From contig NC_043005.1 of assembly GCF_006345805.1 (NCBI RefSeq), positions 101,556,001 through 101,620,000 on the forward strand: a DNA stretch of 64,000 bases, written 5' to 3'. This document shows, piece by piece, positions 38,181-52,029 of this stretch. This DNA is from Octopus sinensis (lineage: Eukaryota). Under the pieces are notes generated by a model that searched no databases, was not told where the DNA came from, and was given only the letters and a program-made list of their open reading frames with translations. Each line of letters opens with the position of its first letter. The stretch's first letter is position 1. The translations under genes were made by a program, and so were the position numbers.

Positions 38181-39539
38181 AATGGGAAAAATATTCTAAA
38201 TAAAAAGGAAAAGTAAGCGATGTCATGAGGAGAAAAAACTGAAACCATTAGGGCTTCCGTTGCCGGCTCCCAGCGTTGCTATGGCTACAGAGTATGTTCG
38301 TAAGCGGTATAGTTTTATTTTTTACATAGGACCATGTTATAAGAAATTTATCACGTGATAAATAATGACAGCTTAGAATAAACCGTCTACACTAAAAAAT
38401 AAAGCGTGTTATTCGTGTTGAGGGGCTATTACACAACCACATGCACAAAAAACATGCACGCACATACACACACACAGGAAAACGTGCACGCACACACGCG
38501 CACACAAGCACGCGTGCACATACACACAAACACACACACACATACACATATATCAGGTATATATGGTCGTTAAGAGAAGTTCCACGGAATACAGTAAAAA
38601 TTGGAGAATCTTAGAGAAGCGCAAGCGTTATTTTAATAACATTAGAAAGCGCACACTATGTTTAGCCGAGAAACCAACCATATCAAAAAAAGAAAAAAAA
38701 ATTCTCAGTTACCAGACATTTATCCAAACTACAGAAGAGAGAGCTGTAACCCTTGCCCACATGAAAGAAGATATATTTTATCATATCTACTGGCCTCGGC
38801 ATAACATGACTATAATCACCGACTATCTACTATCAGCTCTTTCACTACCACATCCCGAGAACCCAGTAAAGAGTCTAATCAAAATATGCACTATCATAGA
38901 CACGCATGCGTCCTAACATGAGCTTAAGCGGCGTTCGGGCGAATCCCCTCCCAAACCCTTCATATATAATAGCTTTATACACATACAAACCCTACACGGG
39001 TAACAACCTCTAACTCATACATTCATTTTCAGAAAACTCTTGTAGACTTACATCTCAAGGACTTTGGGGCCTAGGGACATAATTCTCAATATAAACTTTG
39101 CTCAGAGCATGTCTTTTATAACAGCACCCACAAACCGGATGTGCTTTTTCCCTTCCAGTAACAGAGAGCAGTTGACATATACTTTCCATACCTGCTGGCT
39201 ATGACGAGCACGCAGTATTACTTAACCATGCTGTGATCCAGTTTAATACCCAGTACGAAATCGATGGGTAAGGTCGACCGTAATGAAGAATAGTGTACAC
39301 TCTTATTACGCTAAAGAGATGAAAATATTTTAAGAAATTTTTTTCAGTAAATCCTCGAAAGCGGAAATAAAGGGTAAAATAATTTTTGAAGTGTTGTTCA
39401 ATTACCGTGAGGGTAAAGTGGTAAAATTGTCCCTTAAGCTATAAGATATCGTGGAAAACCATTTATGAAAACCATTTATGATAGGCCGACAACTAATCTG
39501 TTTAATTTATGAACAAGTAAGCGTTTAGTTGATTCACAA

Positions 39540-39883
39540 CTAGCAGTATCGCCCGGCGTTGCTCGGGTTTGTTTCGACCCTTTAGAATTGGAATTTTTGG
39601 AAAGTAAAAATTCTGCATTATGTAGCTTGTTATTCTCTTTAAGTGAACCTTTTTCTGGTTGAAATACACCGAAAAATGGCGACACGGTAGTCAAAAAATC
39701 GTAAGAAAATAGGGATTTTCATAGAAAAAAAAGTACCATTTTGATGTAAATAATTTTTTGTATTAACATACTCCCAATTTTGGTCAACTTGCGCCGCAGG
39801 GTCTCGGAGGAGACAGTGTTAGTTGAAGGCTACCAAACCTGCCATAACACAGACAACTTCAGCTTTATATGTAGAGAGAGAGA
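39540..39883 (-). mobile_element. Non-autonomous Helitron
   Basis: Minus strand A|TC...cccgagcaacgccggg hairpin...CTAG|T: canonical termini, subterminal hairpin, AT target, no TSD. Confidence 0.8.
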
Positions 39884-40639
39884 TTTACGGTGTAATTCTT
39901 CGGCAACAAATTGTCATTAAAAAGCTCAGTAAGTAGCTGTCTTCATGCCTGGCTTTAATAATATTGCTGTCAGAAAGCTCAAAATTTGAGCCTGAAAATC
40001 GAACTGCTCCCTGAAGCTTTGTAGATAAAATTGAATTGTATAGAGGATATTTTGGGTCGAAAAGAAGCCATCCACGAATTTGGGAAAAGTCATGTATTTG
40101 AGGATCTACTGTGCATATATACAAATTATAAATACAGAAAGTGTTTGAGATAAAATTTAACGCTTTGGTTAAACTCATGACTTCTTACTGGATAAAGCAT
40201 ATTCATTTGTGTGCAAAATGAAAGAGTAAAAAATTGTTTGCAAAAAAAAAAAAAGAAAAAATACCCATCTCCCACCCACCCACCACTGATTTACAAATCG
40301 AATTGAAGATGATTTTTGAAAAATCAAAGCTTGAATGCTTTGTAGTTGCAATGTTGTCTGAACTCCCTTATTGGATGGAATGAAGCCAAGCAAGTTATTT
40401 CATTGTTTTTTTTTATCCTCCTGTCTTATAGAAAATGTCTGATCGAAATAAATCAAATTTTGACCGCAAATAGAAAATAAAGAGAAATTGTGCGGAGACG
40501 TGTATGATATTTTCGATTAAGTTTGGATCTAGTTATTGTAAATCTTGTTGCTGCTCAGTAGGCACAGGGAACACATTTATGAACAATATGTACTATCTGG
40601 ATTATTCTTATTTTAATCATATTCATAAATAATGTAAGC

Positions 40640-40810
40640 TATCAGATTTGTCGTAGAGATGGATGGCTCGGTGGTTAAGGGTGGTAAACTCAAGATCGTA
40701 AGATTGTGCGTTCTGTTCCTGAACCGAGCGATGAGTTGTGCTCTCGAAGAAAATACCCTTTTTTTCACGTTGCTCCAGTTCACTTGTGTGATAAAAATGA
40801 ATAATCCTGC
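40640..40810 (+). mobile_element. Degenerate S3 SINE 5' part
   Basis: tggctcggtggttaaggg...ttcacgttgctccagttcact. Confidence 0.65.
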
Positions 40811-40814
40811 AACG

Positions 40815-41655
40815 AGAAATTTCTTTTCCCACGAGAGTTCCGGACTCCAGTAATTAACTCATTTGCATACAACCAATCAGAGCAGAGCCACCTTTATCCT
40901 TTCTTCCTTTCTAGTCAGCACCGTGAATTCCTTACTCTTTCGGTTCCTACTTGCAGACAGCAACCTTTTTGTCACTATCGAAGAAACATTTCGCTATCAC
41001 TACAAGTACTACTGTCTCTAACTACCTGTCAAGCAAACGAATAAATATATGTAAATAATATTTCTTCCTTCTTGGAGTTGATCCTTCGATGTTCATTGGT
41101 TACTCCGACGCTGGCACAATAATAGACTTACCCAAACTGGATTGATGGAGGTATTTCATTTTTTCAAGAAAAATGATTTTTAAAAAGTTATAGAGGTTTA
41201 AAGTTTGATCATTTTCACCTTGTCAGGCGATAAGATAAGGTCACTTGGCTAAGGAATGACCATGCTTCTTTTCTCTTAACAATGCTTGTTGTTCTTGTTC
41301 TTGTTTCAACCACGGCTGCCTCTGCCTAGTTATTTGTGTTGTTGCTTACCTCGTAAAACAGTAAAGGGAGAGGGTTGCTAGCACAGCACCCTCTACCCAC
41401 ATTTTCCACATCCTCATCTTTACCATATGGGGCCCTAACAAAATCCGATAATAGCTATAGATACAAATTTATTTACTTGTCTCCTAAAATCGGGCATAAC
41501 ATGGCGATCGGTCGACTTACAACACTATTCTTAATCTTGAGTTTACTTGGTAGAGTGTGTTTGTTAACTTGACAACAAGGTCAAGGTGAGCTCTGATCGG
41601 CTGTATGCAAATGAGTTCAGTACTGGGGTCCGGAACTCTCGTGGGAAAAATTTCG
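40815..41655. mobile_element. Non-autonomous DNA transposon-like element with ~65-75-bp TIRs
   Basis: ttttcccacgagagttccggactccagtaattaactcatttgcatacaaccaatcagagc (40824-40883) versus gctctgatcggctgtatgcaaatgagttcagtactggggtccggaactctcgtgggaaaa (41589-41649). Confidence 0.8.
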
Positions 41656-42124
41656 AATCCCGTCCAAGGAAGAATATATATGCCCTGGGAAACCGATCCT
41701 ATGCTGCTTACAGAGTAATATGGACTAACCACCAGATTTATTCATTTTTATTTGCATCAATTAAAAACTTTGCTTTATAAGAAAATTCTAAAAGAATTAT
41801 TTCATTTCAATTTCAAATACAAAGCTTTATTACACAAGATGAAATTTAAGGGGAAAAAAGAAGTTCTAAAACACTTGACTAAAAAAGCGTAAGCAGGGTA
41901 AAGAAACGAAACAGAATGAAGCATGAAAGGTAATCAGAGAGAGTAGGGAAAGGGGAGAAACTAAGAAAGAAGTAGAGGAGAGGGGAACGAAAGAGTGAGA
42001 GGAAAGAAAGCAGAGAAAAAGCAGAGAATAGGAGAGAGGCTATGAGAGAAGAAAGAAAAGAAAGCTAAGAGGTGAAAAGAACGGGTGCCTAGAGTAACGT
42101 TAACGAATGCTGCATTGTGTGTGT

Positions 42125-42159
<35 letters not shown>

Positions 42160-42368
42160 GCAATAAGAAAATGGAGAGCAATAGGTGGTTCATCAACTTT
42201 TAGACATTATATTATGTTAACTTATTTATTTATTTACTAAACTGATAATTACAATAACATACATACATATAACATATTATTCTTTACATATATGATATAA
42301 GATATATTAATATATAAGGATACCAGTAATTATTATAGAAAAAACATGAATATAAATTGGGAATATAT

Positions 42369-42434
<66 letters not shown>

Positions 42435-42476
42435 GGCGTGCCTCAATGTGTGTGAATGTTTGGGTGCATTTACAAA

Positions 42477-42509
<33 letters not shown>

Positions 42510-42904
42510 CGCATATTCAAATTTAAAATTATGTATATATATGTGTGTATGTACGTGTGTGTGTGTGTGTGTGTGTGTTGTGTGTGTGAATATAGGAAGA
42601 CAGCATAAGTGAGGGCGAACATATCGTTATTGCGGTATGATTTCACTAATATTGGCAGAAACACAGACCCAACAAACTTGGAAGTTTTCACGTAGTCCTT
42701 TATGGAAATTAGCCGAAAGTCCCTGTGTTGATTACTGGATTCTTGGTTTCTTGTGTGAAGTCATATTACAATAACTACAAGAGTATATATTTATGAGTAT
42801 TACATATCACCGGATGTTCTGCGAATATGTATTGAGCACTTTTGAAAATAATGCAGCATATGACTTTTAAACACTGTATATACATACAGTCGCAATGATA
42901 GATT

Positions 42905-43076
42905 GTTAGCCACTACACACATTTTTTTCTCCTTGTTTTTTTCTGTGTCCCTTTCTGTAGAAGAGCGTAGGCTCGAAACGTAAAAGACCTTTTCTATTCC
43001 TGAGCGTTATACTAATACATCTGTTTGTTTTGCACACCACCTGTCTCCGTCTTTTGTTTTTTTCGTAAACTCTCCC
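42905..43076 (+). mobile_element. Family B element with a minimal HHR-like motif (42947-42988)
   Basis: GUC-CC-UUU CUGUAGA A GAGC-GUAG-GCUC GAAA CG UA AAA-GAC; ends aactctccc + tata. Confidence 0.78.
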
Positions 43077-43358
43077 TATATACATACATACATACACACA
43101 TAGATACATACACACATAGATACATACACACATAGATACATACACACATAGATACATACAGACATAGATACATACACACACACATACATATATATGAGTA
43201 CGCACATACATACACACGCCCGCCTTCCATTTTGGTGAAAATCAGGTTGATGGAACATGACTTGTTACGAATATTATATCGACTTTAGTGTATGTGTTCG
43301 TGTATATATATATATATTTCTCTCTCTGCCTGTATGCATGTAAATATGACATATGTAC

Positions 43359-43457
<99 letters not shown>

Positions 43458-43976
43458 TTGTGTATATATAATATACGCATTTTTAAACCACTCATACAAG
43501 CATACACACATGTACACATGCGCCCACACGTAAGCATAAAATAAGTGAATGAGTTGAGAGAAACGCCGTTAGGGATGAAGTGTGAAAAAGTATGTGTGTT
43601 TGTGTGTGTGTTTGTGTGTGTGTGTGGATATGTGTGTCATTGTGAGTGTGTGACTATATATGTGTGCGTGTGTATTAGCCTCATTAACGGAATTAATACC
43701 CATTCCACACGTATCCTCTGAACATTTATAGCCATATATTTCACGAGCCTCTCTTTCTTCTGCTTGCCGTGAACCGCCTCTTTCGCCATTTTATCACTCA
43801 TTATTTCAAACACCCTCCTCGATAAAGCCTTGTCCTAACAATGTTCAATATCTCATTCTGCCATTCCAGCGAGCATCTAAAATATATCTGCATTCTTTTG
43901 AAACTGTATTAATCAAAGAGAGAGCTGCTCTTTTGATGTGTTCAACGGGTGTTTTAACACACATACGCGTACACAC

Positions 43977-44008
<32 letters not shown>

Positions 44009-44122
44009 CACACACTCATGCACACATGCACATGTACACACACTCACACACACATACACACATGCACACACACGCAAGCACACGCACACAGGTATATACA
44101 AATATGCATATATCTCTCTCTC

Positions 44123-44154
<32 letters not shown>

Positions 44155-44184
44155 CACATATATACATATATATTTATATATATA

Positions 44185-44223
<39 letters not shown>

Positions 44224-44320
44224 TATTTATATATATGGTGTGTATGCGTGCGTGTGCGTGCATAAATATATATATTTGTATATATATATATATATGTGTG
44301 TGTGTATATATGCAGGTGTG

Positions 44321-44372
<52 letters not shown>

Positions 44373-45157
44373 CATATAATACATACATGTGTGTGTGCGT
44401 TTGTGTTTTTCTACATGTGTGTGTACTCTTTTGAACTGAACTGCCACTGTGCTGGAGTACCGTCTTTAGTACATTGGCTGACTACAGGGCTGCGCATGAT
44501 CAACGGTACTCAAATATTTTGAGCATGCAAAAATTGAGTTTACTTCTCATTATTGAGACGTATGTGTAATTGTATAACAGAATGTATTAAAATATCTGCT
44601 ATAGCCGTAGTTGGCTGCAGAGCTATTGATCTGGTGTCTCCTGGTTTAAAAAGTGACTCAGAGTTAAGCCAAAGCAGCTGCAACAAGAGTAACGGCAATA
44701 AGAAGAGAGTATCATTCAACGAGAATGTTTGGTTTTAAGAGGAAATCAGAATGACCGTATTGTTGTAGGAGATGGTGCGAAATCTCTCAGATATTTTAAT
44801 GTTAGGTATCATATTAAAAATGGGGAGGTCGTATCTACAGTACTTTTGATCTCAGGTCATCTCGATCAGCGTTGAACTGGCGTTAACAGCGATAACAATA
44901 ATAATGGGTTCGAAATGTGGTGCAAGGCCAGCAATGCTATGGGGGGGGGGTCTAGTTGATATTACATTGATTCCAGTGATCAACTGATTCTTATTTTATC
45001 GATCTCGAAAAGATAAAAGGGCAAAGTCGACCTCATCGGAATTCGAACTCAGAACTTAAAGATGGACGAAATGCTGCAAAGCATTTAATACCTATGCGTG
45101 TGTGTATGTGTGTGTGGGTGGGGGTGCGTGTGTGTGAGTGTGAGGTGGAGAGAGTGT

Positions 45158-45685
45158 TACTATGGGATAACAACAGAAAAAAAGATGGTATAGGCACATG
45201 CCAGAAAAGGCCTCGGAAAATGAGAATGCAACCATACTATGGGATAAGCCAATACAAACAGATAGAGAAATCAAGGTTAATAGGCCGGATATAGTTGTCA
45301 GAGATGATCAAGAAAAATATGATTTTTAATTGATGCATCAATACCAACAGATAATGTTTCTCTAAAAGGAACGGAGAAGCTTTCAAAATACAAAGACCTG
45401 GAAATAGAAGTAACTGGAATGTGGAGTTTAAAAACAAGAAACAATTCCTACCATAAAATGCGCATCAGGTATGATAAAAATATTCAGACAAATACGTAAG
45501 AAAAACAGCTGCACTAACAATTATATGTTGTTAGTGTTGGTGTTTTTGTTATGTGTTTGCATTACAAAATTAGCACTACTAGGCACCGCACACATCCTAC
45601 GTAAAACATTTTCAACAAATACCCAAGGCACAGAGAGCTACGCTCGGTAGTGAAGTGAAAGCATGTGATAAAAATAAGACTACTG
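45158..45685 (+). mobile_element. Degenerate 3' fragment of the same Dong-like family as 68-2260
   Basis: TILWDKPIQTDREIKVNRPDIVVRD, EKLSKYKDLEIE; 3' UTR gctcggtagtgaagtgaaagc...actactg followed by (TGA/TAA)n. Confidence 0.9.
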
Positions 45686-45686
45686 A

Positions 45687-45718
<32 letters not shown>

Positions 45719-45769
45719 AATAATAATAATAATTATAATAATAATAACAATAACAATAATAATAATAAC

Positions 45770-45825
<56 letters not shown>

Positions 45826-45882
45826 TAATAATAATAATAATGATGATAATAATGATGATAATGATAATAATAATAATAACAA

Positions 45883-45913
<31 letters not shown>

Positions 45914-45974
45914 AATGATAATAATAATGATAATAATAATAACGATGATGATATATGATAATAATAATAATATA

Positions 45975-46453
45975 ACAAGAACATGCCTCCTCATTGATAT
46001 GACTGTCCCAATCGATATAAACGTATCTGTCAGGACCTACCAAAAACTAGCAAATATAAAGATCTTGAAAAGAAATCAGCAAAATGTGGAAGCTGAAGAC
46101 TAAACATACCTGTTGTCATAGGTGCCCTGGGAATGATAGCAAAGGGCTGATAGCTACCTAACTCATATACCAGGAAACCCAAAAATGGCAGAAGTTCAAA
46201 AGATAGTGCTCATGGGACTGCTCATATCTACGCAAAATACTCTCTATGTAACCTCAAGGTTAAAACAACCATAATTTTCGGTTTAAAAAAAAAAAAAAAA
46301 TTTTTTTTTTAGACATTCATTAGTACAACATCCCCACCCCCCAAATATATGGCACACTAGGCATAACAACAACATGAACTTCCAACCCTTTGTCTCTTGA
46401 GTCTCTGGGTGAGACTTGAGCCAACTTGTACAAATAAGCAAAGTCAAACATAG
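45975..46453 (+). mobile_element. 3' fragment of a second Dong-like subfamily
   Basis: TCLLIDMTVPIDINVS, IPVVIGALGMIAKG, EVQKIVLMGTAHI; different 3' UTR ending aaacatag + (AAT)n to ~46718. Confidence 0.85.
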
Positions 46454-46670
46454 AATAATAATAATAATACATAACAAATAATAATAATAATAATAATATA
46501 ACAATAATAATATAATAATCATAGTAATAATAATAACAATAATAATAATAATGATAATAATAATAATAATAATAATAATAATTAATAATATAATAATAAT
46601 ATTAATAATAATGATGAAATAATAATGATAATAATAATAATCATAATAAATAACAATAACAATAATAATG

Positions 46671-46724
<54 letters not shown>

Positions 46725-47026
46725 GGAGAAGAAGAAGAAGAAGAAGAAGAAGAAGAAAAGAAGAAGAAGAAGAAGAAGAAGAAGCTGAAGAAGTGCAACA
46801 ACAACTACAACAACAAAGACAATAACAACAATTCAAATGTGGTTATACCCCCCAAAAAAGGGAAAAGTATTTAATATATTATGGCGCGTTAGTGTATTCG
46901 CTAAAACATAAATTTAAACCGTTTACTTGGCAATAGCGTTAAATTTTCACACAGAACATGCATATGTAAACACACATGCATACACACACAGAAACACACA
47001 CATACATGTATGTATATATACATACA

Positions 47027-47093
<67 letters not shown>

Positions 47094-47337
47094 TGTATGT
47101 ATGTTTGTGTGAATGCATAGCCCCTTTTTTCTGCTTTCTCGATCCCTCCAGATCATTTGTAATCTTTAGCCAACATATTTCAAACCCTATTCTTTTACCT
47201 TTCATTTCGGTTTTGCATTTTGCTTATTTATTATCACCTCCTTTATTTTCTCCACCTCCTCCTTTCCCTCTCTTACTCCATCTGCTGCATTGTTAACATC
47301 CTTGTTTTGCTTTTATTTATGTCTACCTGCCTCGGTT

Positions 47338-47376
<39 letters not shown>

Positions 47377-47467
47377 AATGAAGCATATTTTTCGCTTTAA
47401 TACCTTCTATCTCACCCGTGCGCTCTCTCAGCTCCCTCTCTCTTTTCCCTCGAAATCTATCTTCCGA

Positions 47468-47765
47468 TGTATGTATGTATGTATGTATGTATGTATGTGT
47501 GTATGAATGCATGCATGTATGCGTGTATGTATGTATGTATATATGCATGTATGCGTGTATGTATGTATTTATGTATGTATGTATGTATGTATTTATGTAT
47601 GAATATATTTATGTATGTATGTATGTATGTATTTATGTATATATGTATGTATTATGTATGTATTTATGTATGTATTGTATGTATGTATGTATGAATGTAT
47701 GTATGTATGTATGTATGTATTTATGTATGTATGTATGCATGTATAGATGGATGGATGGATGGATG
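47468..47765. repeat. (TATG)n microsatellite
   Basis: Direct reading. Confidence 0.93.
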
Positions 47766-49024
47766 TGTATGTGTATCGTATTGCCTATGGTTTATCATAA
47801 ACTTTATCTCTTTTTCACTATATGCTTTAAATATGGCTTCGGAAGTCCACTTCCACTAAAGGAAATGCAGATTTTAAGTTGCTATGGCAATAGATCGGCA
47901 GGTGTAGTTTAAACTTAGAGAATTCGATAAGACAATGTTAGTAAAATGTCAGTTTGATTGACAGCTTGTGTCTATAATTCCCCCAATGCAAACCAGTTAA
48001 AACCTACTATTATTGTCTAAATCATGTTACCACAGAATCCAATATGGATGACGCAGTTTGAATAAATAAATAAAAAAATGTAGATAATAACACATGAAAT
48101 AACAATATAAATACGAAGAGGAAAAAAACATAATTTACGAAATATATGTTGAGGGAGGGGAGTTTTGTGAATGATGGGATGGGTTTAGGAAATAATAAAG
48201 AAACCAAAAAAATAAAGGAGGAAAAATACATTAAAAAAATCTCGAAAATTCTAATGATGGCAAAACTGCAAATCAATAAATAGAAAAATACCAGGAAAAG
48301 GCGTTAGAGAGATTTAGTGAGAGAGTGGATAAAGTAGATAAGATGGGAGATATGAAAAGGAGGGAGTGGGTGTCAACTAAAATAAAGAGAGGTGTAAAAA
48401 AAAACCGAAAAAGAAAGAGAGAAAATGGAGTTAAAGAGAATAATTCACTCATAGATATAAATATTTGATATGTGTCTAGATAAGTCATATGTGTATAACG
48501 TTAGAGCTCTATTATGACGCCCCACCTCTCTGTGTCTCGTTACACATACACTCATACACACTCACAGACAGACTTACATATACGTGTGTATAGGACGTGT
48601 TAAAAATGTAGCACCAATATAAGGACAGAGGGAAGAAGAATTCAGTTATTTGTTTTCGTTGTTTTCGTTATTTCTGCAACACTTATTAGGCAACACACCG
48701 ACTGGCCAGTTTATTAAGTGAAGATGGTGTCAATGCAGACACTGTATATAAATATATTATTTTCTTTTTATCACAACTCGTAAAATCAGCATCGCTAGTT
48801 ACAGGAAACCAACGTACCAATCATCGGTTCATTGCATTTATGAAAGCAAGGATAACAATGGAGTGTCTGTAACTCGGTGCAGAACGAATATGACGGTGGA
48901 ATTCGTTTGAAAAGCTTTGTTTCTTCGGTTTTATTGCCACGTTTATAATAGGTTGTTCCACTTGAAACGGTCACCAAGAAAGGAATAAGTTAAAAGTATT
49001 TATGATCATTATTTATTAATCAAG

Positions 49025-49300
49025 TGGTGGCACACGGCCTAGTGGTTATAGGAGCGGACTCGCAGTCGAGGGATCTTGGGTTCGAATCTCCACGCGGCTC
49101 CGGCAGAAGGTAATGGCGAAACTTCTGCTGACTCTTTCGCCATAATTTTCTCTCACTCTTTCCTCCTGCATCTTGCAGCTCACCTGCGACGGCCCGGCAT
49201 CCCATCCAGGTGGGGAATCTATACGCCAAGGAAATCGGGAAGCCGGCCCTTATGAGCCGAGAAGGAACAAGCCGGCCCTTATGAGCTAGAGAAGGAACAA
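49025..49300 (+). mobile_element. tRNA-derived SINE (family S4) with duplicated tail
   Basis: A/B boxes ggcctagtgg / ggttcgaatc; acctgcgacggcccggcatcccatccagg resembles the V-SINE domain (from memory); agccggcccttatgagc...gaaggaaca occurs twice. Confidence 0.8.
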
Positions 49301-49811
49301 ACAATTTATTAATCAAAGTAGGCTCCATTTAGAGAACCTAGCAAGAAACTGTTGTATAAAAGCACGAACTCTACTTTATACAATACAAATTTTAGCTCAT
49401 AAAATGTAAGATATATAATCAACAAATGATAGTAGTTTAAAAAAATTATTCGAGGTGATAAACTGACTAAATAAATAGTTAATGGTTAACAAACAGAATC
49501 AGATTAAGCATATAGGCCAAGAGTAGGATTAACGAAAGGGAGACTCGAAACAGAGTGAAAACAATAGCTTATGTTGTAAATGGATTCTCTTGTGCAATAT
49601 TTCTATTCGTAAAACGGTAATGCCATAAGGAATTAATGTGAAGGAAATATTTATACACGCATCTCCTGCTTTCGCGGTAACTTTCAGGATGAGTTCGTTT
49701 CGCCGAGTTTGGAATATACTGTGGTTTTGAATACATATTTAATACATATTTTTCGGACGAAAATCGCAGCCTCTGGGTTTTCAACTACGCATAGGCGTTA
49801 GGTATTGTATA

Positions 49812-50260
49812 TTACTCTTTTATTTGTTTCAGCCATTTGACTGCGGCCATGCTGGAGCACCGCCTTTAGTCGACTCCAGGACTTATTCTTTGTAAGCTCA
49901 GTACTTATTCTGTCTTTTCTGCCGAACCGCTAAGTTACGGGGTCACAAACACACCACCATCGGTTGTCAGGCGATGTTGGGGGGACAAATACAGACACAC
50001 AAACATATACACACATATACACACATACATACATATATATATATATATACAGCCACTACACATACATTTTTTTCTCTTGTTTCTTTCCTTGTTTTTTTCT
50101 GTGTCCCTTTCTGTAGAAGAGCGTAGGCTCGGAACGTAAAAGACTTTTTCTATTCCTGAGCGTTATACTAATACACCTTTTGTTTTGTACACCACCTGTC
50201 TTCGTCTTTTGCTTTTTCGTAAACTCTCCCTATATATATACGACGGGCTTCTTTCAGTTT
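49812..50260 (-). mobile_element. SINE family S2 3' part, interrupted at its internal (TA)n
   Basis: Tail tttcagccatttgactgcggccatgctggagcaccgcc; resumes cgacgggcttctttcagttt after the insert. Confidence 0.88.
50050..50230 (+). mobile_element. Family B element (HHR-like motif 50103-50144, A13G)
   Basis: CUGUAGA A GAGC-GUAG-GCUC GGAA CG UA AAAGAC; (TA)n on both sides. Confidence 0.78.
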
Positions 50261-50650
50261 AAAAAAAAATGAACTCACTATGTAAGTATATGTGTATATG
50301 TGTGAATGTGTATGACATTATGCAATCATATAAAAATGTATAAATAGTAACTGTAAGGAACTTTGCATACATGTGTACTTGAGTGAAGGCCTTTGTAAGC
50401 ATGAACTCATATAAGATGGCGGAATAAATAAAACCGAATCGAAAAATGATTTGTCGAACCGGTAAATGTTCCCCTATGTGTTATGTATACATATGCAGAT
50501 ACACATACAGATGATCAAAGAGATTAAAGTATCGAAAATGAATTAACAATAACAATGGAAAATAAAATCTGCACACAACACACACACACACGTGCGCGCA
50601 CGCACTGATGTATATATTTGTATATACGTATATATAAACATACATATATA

Positions 50651-50882
50651 TATTTCTTTACTGCCCACAAGGGGTTAAACATAGAGGGGACAAACAAGGA
50701 CCGACAAAGGGATTAAGTCGATTACATCGACCCCAGTGCGAAGCTGGTACTTTATTTATCGACCCCGAAAGGATGAAAGGCAAAGTCGACCTCGGTGGAA
50801 TTTGAACTCAGAACGTAACGACAGACGAAATACCGCTAAGCATTTCGTCCGGCGCGCTAACCTTCCTGCCAGCTCACCGCCT
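50651..50882 (-). mobile_element. SINE family S1, full length
   Basis: Reverse complement of the S1 sequence. Confidence 0.93.
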
Positions 50883-51725
50883 TGTATATATAAAGGTACA
50901 TACATATATATTATATACTTATAAAGACACACATATATACATATACGCGAGCATATAGATGCACGTTTTCTTGTAGCAAGAGAATTTTTATAAGTATATA
51001 TGAAAGCTTAGTTATATAACTGCACAGATGTTAGTTACTTACTTACAATTTGCCATTCCATTTATGCTGAAATGTATAAACAATCAGAACTACAATGAAC
51101 TATTTAATAAAAATACAATTAAAGTCAGCTAGTATTGCATAAGGAATGTCATTAATGTTAGAGACAGGAAAAGTCTGAACATTCAGCGAAGGAATCACTT
51201 CTGGGAGCGAAGCGAATGTAGTTATACTTCGAAGGAAACTCGTAAATACCTTTGTAATGCAATCTTCTATCGTGATGAAATTACATCACAATAGGTGAGT
51301 GATAAATCCAAAAGTAATTATTTCAGGCAGATCTACTGTCAAGAGCAGTTTTCTTTAATAACTAGTCTACTTGAGATATGAGGAAAGTGAAACAATACAG
51401 CTTTATATAATGAGGATTTAAGCCATAGCAAAATATGAAAATATAGCGTATGGCCTAACAGGAACATGGCAAAATAATGTAAACTATGTACAACTGAAAT
51501 ATATATATCTCGAAGAGGTATTTTCATATATTAGATATTTAAATAGAAATCATATGTAATACCCGCCACACAAGTTATATCTGGTAAATTATAAAAGATG
51601 GAGCATAGAAGATGAAGTAAAAGCGCACTCACAGCATAAAATGTAGTTGACAAGTCTGTTTCCGTTTTACTGTAAGCAATAATTTCTTCATTGAGATGCT
51701 GAGACAATCCACATTACCGAACAAA

Positions 51726-51992
51726 TGTGTATGCTCGTAAGCTTTTATTGTAACGTAGTTTACTCGTCGCCAGTTATTGTAGTATTGCCACTATTTATGG
51801 CGATACTTGTTTACTCTATAACCGTGTAGTAACAATAAACATATAACGAAGCAGGATAATAACAACGTAACAATCCAACAAATTCTCCACGAACTATACA
51901 CGAGCCAACAAACGATTTTCCGACAAACTATCAAAACAATACCTTGTGACTTCCTGCGATTAACGCGTTCTCTCTCTCTCTCTCTCTCTTGC

Positions 51993-52029
<37 letters not shown>

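Noticed and set aside
48795-48960. Possible exon (KPTYQSSVHCIYESKDNNGVSVTRCRT)
   Set aside because: No recognisable domain, weak donor site and no supporting exons.
49029-49100. tRNA-like sequences (also 9820-9890, 20544-20615, 36680-36750)
   Set aside because: A and B boxes are present but the acceptor stems do not pair, and each continues into a SINE body.
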